Below are positions 39,315 to 47,782 of a DNA stretch of 64,000 nt, piece by piece (positions within the stretch are counted from its first letter, which is position 1; every line of letters starts with the position of its first letter). A model generated the notes under the pieces. It did no database searches. It was not told the DNA's origin and saw only the letters and a list, made by a program, of their open reading frames with translations. The DNA is from an uncultured Gammaproteobacteria bacterium (GTDB lineage Bacteria; Patescibacteriota; Patescibacteriia; Magasanikbacterales; GWA2-37-8). The translations under genes and the position numbers were made by a program. The stretch covers positions 185,474 to 249,473 of the forward strand of contig CAZBWU010000001.1 of the NCBI GenBank assembly GCA_964496095.1, read 5' to 3'.

Positions 39315-39596
39315 TTATACAACTGCTTCTTTGGCAGCTTTTGCAACGCGGAATTTAACTACAGTCTTAGCTGGGATTGAGATGGTAGCTCCGGTAGCTG
39401 GGTTGCGTCCCTGGCGAGCTTTGCGGTTTACTTTAACTAATTTTCCGAGTCCTGGTAAGATGAACACACCGTTCTTCTTAACTTCCTTGTACGCCATTTC
39501 TGTCATAGCGTCCAAGAATCCACCTACGTCTTTTTTGCTCATGCCCGTTTTATCCGCCATAGCGGCGAGCAAGGCTGATTTTGTTAAACCTGCCAT
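39315..39596 (-). CDS. HU-family DNA-binding protein
   Basis: PGLGKL, RKARQGRNPATG, IPAKTVVKF. Confidence 0.95.
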   Translation of the reverse strand: MAGLTKSALLAAMADKTGMSKKDVGGFLDAMTEMAYKEVKKNGVFILPGLGKLVKVNRKARQGRNPATGATISIPAKTVVKFRVAKAAKEAVV

Positions 39597-39758
39597 ATGT
39601 TTATGGTTATGAATTAAACGTTAACCACTGTATATAATATACGATTTATCAAATAATGCAAGTCTTTTCAAAAGATGGTGTGTATATCTCATGTTTTGAC
39701 CTATCTTTTATTTTCAAAAAAGTATATAATATTCTCACTAAATTTAAGCAATTTTTCT

Positions 39759-40109
39759 ATGATAGACATTCAAGAAATATTCAATCGTATCCAAGAAACC
39801 AAGAAAAAACAAAAAGATATTCGTAGTTCTTATAAAGAAGCTTTGTCTGCCTCAGAAGAATATAAGGAAATCAAAGATAAACTAGAAACCTTGAAAGCCC
39901 GCAAAAAACAAATAGAAACTGCAATCAAAGAGAATTTCTCTAGCGAACTTACCAAACTTGATGACCTAAAGATTGACCTTGAGTCAGATGCGGTAATGCT
40001 TAGCGATATGGCGCTTTCCAAGCTGATGAAAGGGGAGACAGTGCAGGTGACTGATCAGTATAATAACAACTACGAACCATTGTTTACTGTACGATTCAAG
40101 AAGGCCTAA
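39759..40109 (+). CDS. Conserved-looking hypothetical coiled-coil protein
   Basis: Helical ORF followed by a terminator; start moved to MIDIQ. Confidence 0.75.
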   Translation: MIDIQEIFNRIQETKKKQKDIRSSYKEALSASEEYKEIKDKLETLKARKKQIETAIKENFSSELTKLDDLKIDLESDAVMLSDMALSKLMKGETVQVTDQYNNNYEPLFTVRFKKA

Positions 40110-40132
40110 ATTTGAGAAATAACTTTATCTTT

Positions 40133-40166
40133 AAAACCCCGTCCCGCAATTGCGGGACGGGGTTTT
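40133..40166 (+). terminator. Intrinsic terminator
   Basis: AAAACCCCGTCCCGC-AATT-GCGGGACGGGGTTTT. Confidence 0.8.
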
Positions 40167-40259
40167 TGTTTATAATTATAGCCAGTTTAGCGTATATGAA
40201 AAACTAATATTTTCTGTTATAATATATTTGGCTTATTGTGGCCACTTTGTTTTTATATT

Positions 40260-41903
40260 ATGTCCGATCTGAACAAAGGCATTCTTAGAAAAATCTGCCA
40301 AATTTTTGCTAGATTATTTTTTGTGTTGGGTATTGGTATTGCTCAATTATTTTTTGTAAATATTGTATCTGCGGCCACTCTTTCTATCTCTCCAGCCACT
40401 GGAAATTTTACAACTCCAAATACAATTACCGTCAGTATTGAAGTTAATACCAATCAAGCCATCAATGGTGTGGAAGGTGTCTTGGAATTTCCAACCAATA
40501 AATTAGAGCTCGTTAGTTTTAGTAAGAGTAGATCTATAATGTCGTTGTGGGTGCAAGAACCGTCTTTTTCCAACAGTGGTCAAACAGGTGTTTTGCAATT
40601 TTCAGCTATCAAACTTAATCCTGGTTTTGTTGGTTCTAGAGGTAAAGTGCTCGATGTAGTTTTTCGAGTCAAAGACGCTGGTGTAGCTAACCTTACTTTT
40701 TCATCAGGTTCGGTGTTAGCCAACGATGGCAAGGGAAGTAATTTGCTTAGTTCTTTTGGTTCGGCAGTTTATACTTTAGGCAGAGGAAATACCACCCAAA
40801 CAATTTTGCCATCTAACCCAGGCGGTTCTATAAGTATTCCAAATTTACCTCACAATCAATTTTTGCCAACTCCACAAATAAAATATTGGGTGCAGGATAT
40901 GGCAGGCAAAGATGTTTTGTTTAATACCAGTGACGCAGATCCAAAATGGAGCAATAGTCCGTATGCCAAGATGACTTGGAATCTGCCAGGCGAGGCAACC
41001 GGAGTTGCGACAGTACTTGATGATAGTCCCGATACTGATCCGCCAGCAAAAAATAATAATATAACTACTAATAATTCTCAAGTCTTACCGTTTTTGAATG
41101 AAGGCAAACATTATTTCCATATTCGTTTTTATAACGCCGCTGGCGCTGGACCAACTCTACACTTTCCACTTTTTATAGATCTCAACGAACCAAAACATTT
41201 TACGATTGATTTTGCAGATGCGCAGACCAATAGTCGTGGTTTCCATTCTACTTCTAATCCTCGACCGCGAGCTATATTTTTTACCGAAGATAACATGTCG
41301 GGCGTTGATCGGTACGCTTACAGTTTGAATGGTTCTGATTATTTGGATATTCCTCTAGAAAGAGACAATACATTTATTTTGCCAAAACTTCCGTCTGAGA
41401 CCAGGCAAGATTTGGTAATTCGCGCTTTTGATTTGGCAGGTAATTCTGTAGATGCTAGTGTGTCTCTAACCGTAGAGCCGATTGTCTCGCCGGTTATTTC
41501 TTATTATCCGCATAATGCCGATACTCTCGGCACAGGGCTGGTGATTGATGGTAGGGCTGCGCCAGGCTCTCAGGTAGAGGTGGTGCTAGAGCGCAAAGAA
41601 CCCCTGGTTGTATCTGTAAAGACAGATGATAATGGTATTTGGCGTATGGTCTATGCCAAGGAAATGCAAGCTGGTGTTTATTCGGTGCGGGCTCGCCAAA
41701 TACTAGACAATGGCGCTGAGAGTTCGTTTACCGAACCGGTCACGATTCGTATTAATATGTGGTCAGGTAAATTATTTTCGTGGTTCTATCGTTTTTATGT
41801 TTATATAATCTTGTTTGTTTTGTTTGCTATTGCAGAACTTGTGACTTTGTATTATTATCGTCGGGCAGTACAGCAGATGCGCGCGCAGATGGATAAAAAG
41901 TAA
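40260..41903 (+). CDS. Surface protein with cohesin-like and Ig-like domains and a C-terminal TM anchor
   Basis: INGVEGVLEFP...SLWVQEP...GSVLANDGKG, RAFDLAGN, C-terminal hydrophobic segment. Confidence 0.75.
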   Translation: MSDLNKGILRKICQIFARLFFVLGIGIAQLFFVNIVSAATLSISPATGNFTTPNTITVSIEVNTNQAINGVEGVLEFPTNKLELVSFSKSRSIMSLWVQEPSFSNSGQTGVLQFSAIKLNPGFVGSRGKVLDVVFRVKDAGVANLTFSSGSVLANDGKGSNLLSSFGSAVYTLGRGNTTQTILPSNPGGSISIPNLPHNQFLPTPQIKYWVQDMAGKDVLFNTSDADPKWSNSPYAKMTWNLPGEATGVATVLDDSPDTDPPAKNNNITTNNSQVLPFLNEGKHYFHIRFYNAAGAGPTLHFPLFIDLNEPKHFTIDFADAQTNSRGFHSTSNPRPRAIFFTEDNMSGVDRYAYSLNGSDYLDIPLERDNTFILPKLPSETRQDLVIRAFDLAGNSVDASVSLTVEPIVSPVISYYPHNADTLGTGLVIDGRAAPGSQVEVVLERKEPLVVSVKTDDNGIWRMVYAKEMQAGVYSVRARQILDNGAESSFTEPVTIRINMWSGKLFSWFYRFYVYIILFVLFAIAELVTLYYYRRAVQQMRAQMDKK

Positions 41904-41917
41904 AATAGGATTAAAAT

Positions 41918-42721
41918 ATGCAGCTCTTCCGAAGAATAGCCGAGCGCCTGGTGGTAGCTATATTTAGCTTCGGTTTGTTGTGGTTGGCGGTAATACAGAT
42001 TTTTGAACGACTTGATGATCGAATGCCTGTTTTTTTGGCTGGAGTTCTTACTTACATTTTGGCCGCCTATATTATTTTCCCTCGTATTATTCAGTTTCTG
42101 CTCATGGTTATTCGTCGTGGCCGGATTCCTCGATTTACTAGAACGGCGGATGGGTTAGTGGCTGATCCGATTAATATTATTTTAGTTGGGTCAGAAGAGT
42201 CTTTGAAAAAAGCTTTTGTCTCCGCTGGCTGGTACGAGGCTGATAAACTTACCTGGACAACTAGTTTCAAAATGAGCTTGGCTTTTATTCGGAATACAAA
42301 TTATTTTACAGCGCCATTTAGTCATCAGTATCTTTTTGGTCGCCAACAAGATTTTGGTTTTCAACAACCTATTGGTAAAAGTCCTCGTCATCGTCATCAT
42401 ATCCGTTTGTGGGCAGCCAATCTTGATCCGGAAGTAGATTTATCAGACCTTAAGTATTGGTTGCGCAAACATGAAATTGATCCTAGTCAGGCGACGATGT
42501 GGGTAGGCAGTGGGAGCAAAGATATTGGTTTTGGGTTGACCAGGATGACATATCAGATTAGTCATAAGGTTGATAAGAATGTTGATGATGAACGAGATTA
42601 TATTATTTCATCTTTGCGTAATAGTGGACAAATATTAAAAGAAGAATATTTTGATTCTGGTAAATTTATTGTCAGAAAATATAAGTCCGATGGGCGGATT
42701 TTGGTGGCTTATTTAAAATAA
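41918..42721 (+). CDS. LssY C-terminal domain protein
   Basis: DPINIILVG, AGWYEAD, LFGRQQD, RHHIRLW, HKVDKNVDDERD. Confidence 0.85.
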   Translation: MQLFRRIAERLVVAIFSFGLLWLAVIQIFERLDDRMPVFLAGVLTYILAAYIIFPRIIQFLLMVIRRGRIPRFTRTADGLVADPINIILVGSEESLKKAFVSAGWYEADKLTWTTSFKMSLAFIRNTNYFTAPFSHQYLFGRQQDFGFQQPIGKSPRHRHHIRLWAANLDPEVDLSDLKYWLRKHEIDPSQATMWVGSGSKDIGFGLTRMTYQISHKVDKNVDDERDYIISSLRNSGQILKEEYFDSGKFIVRKYKSDGRILVAYLK

Positions 42722-42772
42722 GTTTGTGAAATTAGGCTTTGTGTAATATTAAATATATTTATTCGTTTACCT

Positions 42773-44374
42773 ATGTCTCATAGAGAAGCTGCTTATAACT
42801 CAACGAGAACGAACGAAGTACAAGAAATAAAACCTTTAGAAATATCTAAACGAGTAGGTTTTTTTATTGATAGTATTGTTTCAGTTGCTCAAACTGCTGA
42901 AGTGGGTATTATGTCAGGTGATGAGATTGTATCTGTTGGTGGAAAAGAAGTAAAATCCGCTGAAGTTATAGATGAATTAATTGTTGGCAGTAATGGTGTC
43001 GCTATAGAGGTTGGGGTGCGCCGAGCTGATAATTTTTTTAATTATACTATAACTCCGGTTTTTAATGAGGCTTTAAGAAAATATGATGCTGGTTTTTCTA
43101 TAAAAGCAAAAGAATTAATTGCAAAAAAACGAGGAGATAAGGAGTATGAGTGTGAAAGAGGATATAAAGAGTGTAAAGACGTAAACGGCACATTAATATG
43201 TACGATGGTGCTTGATTTAGATCGGCAGAAAGTTATGATGCCGTCTTGTAGCAAAGATCTTGGGTCATATCCAGTAGACAGAGTTGACAGTTTAGTTCTT
43301 GTCGGCAAAGACGGCAAAGAGTTCGATGTGTTAGAAAGATTTAATAAGCACGAAGTTTTAGTTTTAGTAGACAAAGTTGCTGCCGACGCTAAATACGCAC
43401 ATTTTGTTTTAAAAGATGGCTCTGATGCAGAAGTTGTGTCTATAAGAAGTGAGGCGGTTCAATCTATGGTTTCAACCCTTCTTCATGAGTTTACTCATGT
43501 AGAGCAAGATCATTCAGATAATGAAAAAACTCAGAATTTATTAATTTTGTATGGTTCGGAGAAACAGGTTAAACATTATAATGAGTCTGGATATACTGCT
43601 ATAAGGTGGTATATTGACAGGATTCTTTTTGACGTACCAGAGGCAGAAAGTGGTACTGTGGGTATACTAGATGAGCTTAGAAAAGGCGAAGAAGAAAAAA
43701 AGGTAATAAAATTAAAGGTGGATAAATTTTTTGATTGTCATCATGATCCTGAGCATGCTTTGAAATCTCGTATTACGGCGTTTGATTGGGCAGAAGTAGC
43801 TTTAGATTTTATCTTAAAAAATAATTTATATAATAATCTCAATGCTGAATCATTAGAAAATGAATTTATAGAGGCCTTAAATAAAGTAGAAGCCTTTGAT
43901 TTATCTAATAGATCAGTTTTTGATGATTATATAAGTAGGGTACTTGCTTATAAATTAGAATATCAAGCCATAGAATTAAGACAGAAAGAATTAATAAAAA
44001 AAGGCAAGGTGCTTTCTATTTTATCCTTGCCAACCCAGATAATTGAGCGCGATGCTGAGAGAGGAAGTCTTGAAGGTTTGCGCGCCATTCGTCAAGAAAC
44101 TGGTTTTGATCTTTTGTCAGAATTTGAAAAAGAAGATTACTCCTTTGTCGAAGGCCCCATTTTTGAAGCCTATATGCATTGGAAAAGGGAAAGACAAGAA
44201 GATATTTTTGAAACAGGAGTTGAATTATCGAATACTGGAATAAAAGCAAGCACTGCGGGATGTTTAGTAAAAAGATATATGCAAAGCATAGGTGCTACTC
44301 TTGGTAATATGCGTCGCCCTGCTAAAGATGGTCAAATTGGAGAAATGCCAAAGATTAAAAAAGAAAAAAAGTAG
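42773..44374 (+). CDS. PDZ-domain protein with HExxH motif
   Basis: AQTAEVGIMSGDEIVSVGG (PDZ); LLHEFTH; later IERDAE. Confidence 0.6.
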   Translation: MSHREAAYNSTRTNEVQEIKPLEISKRVGFFIDSIVSVAQTAEVGIMSGDEIVSVGGKEVKSAEVIDELIVGSNGVAIEVGVRRADNFFNYTITPVFNEALRKYDAGFSIKAKELIAKKRGDKEYECERGYKECKDVNGTLICTMVLDLDRQKVMMPSCSKDLGSYPVDRVDSLVLVGKDGKEFDVLERFNKHEVLVLVDKVAADAKYAHFVLKDGSDAEVVSIRSEAVQSMVSTLLHEFTHVEQDHSDNEKTQNLLILYGSEKQVKHYNESGYTAIRWYIDRILFDVPEAESGTVGILDELRKGEEEKKVIKLKVDKFFDCHHDPEHALKSRITAFDWAEVALDFILKNNLYNNLNAESLENEFIEALNKVEAFDLSNRSVFDDYISRVLAYKLEYQAIELRQKELIKKGKVLSILSLPTQIIERDAERGSLEGLRAIRQETGFDLLSEFEKEDYSFVEGPIFEAYMHWKRERQEDIFETGVELSNTGIKASTAGCLVKRYMQSIGATLGNMRRPAKDGQIGEMPKIKKEKK

Positions 44375-44405
44375 GATGATTTAGTTGTTATAACTTAAAC
44401 ATAAT

Positions 44406-44437
44406 AAAAAATCCTCAGATTGCTCCGAGGATTTTTT
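44406..44437. terminator. Bidirectional intrinsic terminator
   Basis: AAAAATCCTCAGA-TTGC-TCCGAGGATTTTT between convergent genes. Confidence 0.65.
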
Positions 44438-44452
44438 GTTTTGTTTAAGTTA

Positions 44453-44728
44453 TTATTTCAAAGCGTCTTTGAGAGCTTTGCCAGCTTTAAACTTCGGTAC
44501 GGTGACAGCTGCGATTTGGATTTTTTGAGTAGGGTTCTGTGGGTTAACGCCCTGTCTAGCAGCGCGTTGTTTGGCGGAGAAAGCGCCAAAACCTGTCAAA
44601 ACGACTTCTTCACCCTTTTTCAATTGGGCTACGATAGTGTCAAGGATACCGTTTAAAGTGTCTTCAACTTGGCGTTTTGGCAAATTTAAGCTTTCTGCTA
44701 CTGCTTGTGATAAATCTGCTTTATTCAT
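44453..44728 (-). CDS. hup: DNA-binding protein HU
   Basis: MNKADL, GFGAF, RAARQGVNPQ, VPKFKAGKALKDA. Confidence 0.95.
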   Translation of the reverse strand: MNKADLSQAVAESLNLPKRQVEDTLNGILDTIVAQLKKGEEVVLTGFGAFSAKQRAARQGVNPQNPTQKIQIAAVTVPKFKAGKALKDALK

Positions 44729-44784
44729 AGTTTCACCCCCTTTCTATATTATAGATATAAAATTATTATAATTAGTCCTATTTT

Positions 44785-46311
44785 TTATTTTGCATATTCT
44801 ACCACGCGTGTTTCGCGGATGATAGTGACGCGGATTTCACCAGGGTATTGCAATTCTTGTTCAATCTTGCGGGAAATGTCTTTGGCCAATTGGAAAGCAG
44901 AATAATCATCAACTTCATTTGGTTTGACAAAGACACGGATTTCACGGCCTGCTTGGATAGCGTAGACCTTATCAATACCAGGGAAAGTTTTGGCTGTGTT
45001 TTCTAATTCTTCTAAACGAGCGACAAACTGTTCGTAGCTGTCCTTGCGAGCACCGACGCGAGCACCAGAGATAGCGTCAGCAGCTTTGGCAATAGAAGAA
45101 TAGATGTTGTATGGTTTGTCTTGGTGGTGAGTAAGAGCAGCTTGGCAGATATCTTCATCCATGTTGAATTTCTTGAGGATGAGATGGCCAATTTCAGGAT
45201 GGGATCCTTGAGTTTCTTGGTCAACCGCTTTACCGATATCGTGGAAGAAGCCACATTTTTTGGCTTTAGCAGCATCGAGTCCGAGTTCGCTAGCAATCAT
45301 CCCAGCCAAGTAACCAGTTTCCATGGAGTGGTTGATAATATTTTGACCATAACTAGTGCGGTATTTGAGACGACCAACGATGCTCACAAGTTTTGGATCA
45401 ATACCGGTAATGCCCATTTTGTAGAGCGCTTCTTCACCGGCTTTTTTGATATCAAGCGCCAAATCTTGTTTGGCTTTTTCGACAAACTCTTCGATGCGCG
45501 CTGGTTGGATACGGCCATCAGCCATAAGTTTTTCAAGAGCTAGTTTGGCAATTTGACGGCGGATAGGGGAGAAGCCAGAAACTAAGATTGCATCTGGGGT
45601 GTCATCAATGATAAGTTCACAGCCTGTAAGTTTTTCAATAGTTTTGATGTTGCGTCCTTCTTTACCGATAATACGTCCTTTCATATCTTCACTAGTAAGT
45701 TGGACGGTAGTAGAAGTAATTTCCGCAGCATGAGAAGAAGCGCAACGCTGGACAGCGTCGGCGATAAGGTTTCGAGCTTTTTCTTCGTAGACTTCGTTTG
45801 ATTCTTTGTCCAATTTCAAAACTCGGGACATTAAATCAGTCTTACTATCTTCTTCAACGCGTTTGAGTAATTCTTCTTTAGCCTCGTCTTTGGTGAGGTT
45901 AGAAATGGTTTGTAGTTTTAAGACGCCTTGTTCGTGAAGTTTTTCGATGTTTACTTTTATCTGTTGGATCTGATCGGCTTTCTCTTGGAGCTTTTTCTTG
46001 TCGTTGTCGATTTCCACTATTTTTTGGTCAAACAAAGTTTCGCGACGCTCCAGTCTTTCTTGCGCACTATGTAGGTCTTGGCGAATTTGTTTTTCTTCCT
46101 TTTTGACCTCCTCAAGGACTTGAGCGGCCTTTTCTTTGCCTTGGAGGATTAGTTCCTGTTGCTGGGTCTTGGCGTCTGCTAAGATTTTTTCTGCCTTAGC
46201 CTCTATAGAATTTGCCTGAGCTTGAGCTAGTTTTTTTCTTAAAACATAACCCGCTCCAACTCCGGCGCCTGTACCGGCAATTACCAGTATTGCCCAAATT
46301 ACACTGTTCAT
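44785..46311 (-). CDS. rny: Ribonuclease Y
   Basis: N-terminal TM, coiled coil, KH (KGRIIGKEGRNI), HD (FHDIGKA), YAIQAGRE. Confidence 0.98.
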   Translation of the reverse strand: MNSVIWAILVIAGTGAGVGAGYVLRKKLAQAQANSIEAKAEKILADAKTQQQELILQGKEKAAQVLEEVKKEEKQIRQDLHSAQERLERRETLFDQKIVEIDNDKKKLQEKADQIQQIKVNIEKLHEQGVLKLQTISNLTKDEAKEELLKRVEEDSKTDLMSRVLKLDKESNEVYEEKARNLIADAVQRCASSHAAEITSTTVQLTSEDMKGRIIGKEGRNIKTIEKLTGCELIIDDTPDAILVSGFSPIRRQIAKLALEKLMADGRIQPARIEEFVEKAKQDLALDIKKAGEEALYKMGITGIDPKLVSIVGRLKYRTSYGQNIINHSMETGYLAGMIASELGLDAAKAKKCGFFHDIGKAVDQETQGSHPEIGHLILKKFNMDEDICQAALTHHQDKPYNIYSSIAKAADAISGARVGARKDSYEQFVARLEELENTAKTFPGIDKVYAIQAGREIRVFVKPNEVDDYSAFQLAKDISRKIEQELQYPGEIRVTIIRETRVVEYAK

Positions 46312-46435
46312 ATATGCATATATAATCTCGTTCGCTCAGAAATACCCAGCTCAATATTTATAATCTGTAAACGATTATAAATATTTCACCGACTATTTCA
46401 TTCACTCACTTCGATTATACAAAAAATTTCTCAAA

Positions 46436-46627
46436 ATCTTGAGTCATTACTGCTTATACTTAAAGAAGATTTGCTAGCCTTAGGCTTTTTTTACCGATAA
46501 AACACAAAAGATTTCAGACAAATTTGTCTGAATTAGGAAGTTTTGGAAGTTTTTTTGTAGTTTTGTTGGCATAAAACCGGCTTGGCGTTGATCTTTTCCA
46601 GATTCTTCTTGTAAAGATAAGGTAATT
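46436..46627. ncRNA. Candidate ~190-nt rod-like structured RNA (6S-like?)
   Basis: Successive imperfect stems from the ends inward with palindrome TTCAGACAAATTTGTCTGAA near the apex; folded by eye only. Confidence 0.35.
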
Positions 46628-46660
46628 ACCCTAAGATCATTAATTATTTAATCTGGGAAT

Positions 46661-46689
46661 ATGGTACCATCGCTGGCCTGTTTTGTCAA
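46661..46689 (-). promoter_or_regulatory. Promoter upstream of the rny leader
   Basis: TTGACA-N17-TACCAT on the minus strand. Confidence 0.55.
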
Positions 46690-46723
46690 ACTAATGTATT
46701 GTGAGAAAAAATTAAATTAAGGA

Positions 46724-46930
46724 TTAGTTTACTTCCGGTGGTATTATGGGCTGCTTGTCATCGTCTTTTTTGGGATTAGGATTATCTACTACAGGTACTA
46801 TCCCAATTTCAAGTGGCACTTGTGCAGGATTTTCTATCTCTCTTTGCCTTCTGTTTCTATCGGCTTTCTCACCATCGGGAATTTCTGGCATAATCTTAGG
46901 CATCCACCATTCTGGTTTTGGAATAGACAT
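46724..46930 (-). CDS. Small Pro-rich hypothetical protein
   Basis: 68 aa ORF starting 4 nt after the truB stop. Confidence 0.5.
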   Translation of the reverse strand: MSIPKPEWWMPKIMPEIPDGEKADRNRRQREIENPAQVPLEIGIVPVVDNPNPKKDDDKQPIIPPEVN

Positions 46931-46934
46931 ATAT

Positions 46935-47675
46935 TTATTTTAAAGTATCTAAGTTAATAGCATTAGTTAGTAAGTAGTCACCAATCTGAGTACGAACCAA
47001 TTCTTGGCAAAAGGCGCCGGTGCCAAGCTTTTGGCCAAGGTCGTGAGCAAGGGTCCGGATATATGTTCCTGCCGAACATTGTACCTCTATTTTTAAAACA
47101 GGCCAAGTGTAATCCAAAAGTTTAATTTCATAAATTTCTATCTCGTTTGGTTGGCGTTCTACTTCTATGCCTTTGCGGGCGAGGGTGTATAATCTTTGGC
47201 CGTTTATTTTTTTAGCAGAAAACATCGGCGGGATTTGGAGTTGTTTGCCTGTAAAAGATTTTATTGCCTCTAGGATTTGCTCTTCGGTTATTGTTTTTGG
47301 GTTATTCGTTTTTTCTATTTTTCCAGTTTTGTCGTAAGTATCGCTAGTTTCTCCGAATTTGATGGTGGCAATATAAATTTTTTTCATTCTTTTAAATTCG
47401 TCTAAGTTTCTGGTAGATTCTCGTCCAACGCCGATAATTAATAATCCAGTGGCAAAAGGATCAAGTGTTCCTGCATGACCGACTCGGAGTTTTTTTGGGC
47501 TGTTATTCTGAGGCTCTGCCGAAGAATCCCTTTCGTTTGGTTTTAAGGGATCCTTTACGGAGTTTATCCCCTTTGGGGGGTTCAGGATGACACCGTTCCT
47601 AACTTTATTACGTACAAAAGCTACAGCATCAAAGCTGGTCCAACCTTCGGGTTTGTTGATGAGTAGGAATGACAT
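46935..47675 (-). CDS. truB: tRNA pseudouridine(55) synthase TruB with repeat-derived insertion
   Basis: INKPEGWTSFD, VGHAGTLDPFATGLL, PPMFSAKKINGQRLY, CSAGTYIRTL. Confidence 0.97.
   Translation of the reverse strand: MSFLLINKPEGWTSFDAVAFVRNKVRNGVILNPPKGINSVKDPLKPNERDSSAEPQNNSPKKLRVGHAGTLDPFATGLLIIGVGRESTRNLDEFKRMKKIYIATIKFGETSDTYDKTGKIEKTNNPKTITEEQILEAIKSFTGKQLQIPPMFSAKKINGQRLYTLARKGIEVERQPNEIEIYEIKLLDYTWPVLKIEVQCSAGTYIRTLAHDLGQKLGTGAFCQELVRTQIGDYLLTNAINLDTLK
47501..47592. repeat. Full palindromic element in frame in truB
   Basis: TGTTATTCTGAGGCTCTGCCGAAGAATCCCTT...AAGGGATCCTTTACGG...TTCAGGATGACA; encodes VILNPPKG...DSSAEPQNN. Confidence 0.88.
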
Positions 47676-47728
47676 ATGTTTATAACCATATTATGGATGA
47701 ATTTTGGAGAAAGGGCAATGGGGTAAAA

Positions 47729-47757
47729 TTGACTTTTCATCCTTTATTCTATATACT
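47729..47757 (+). promoter_or_regulatory. infB promoter
   Basis: TTGACT-N17-TATACT. Confidence 0.6.
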
Positions 47758-47782
47758 TAGATTTATTCTAATCTAAAATCCT

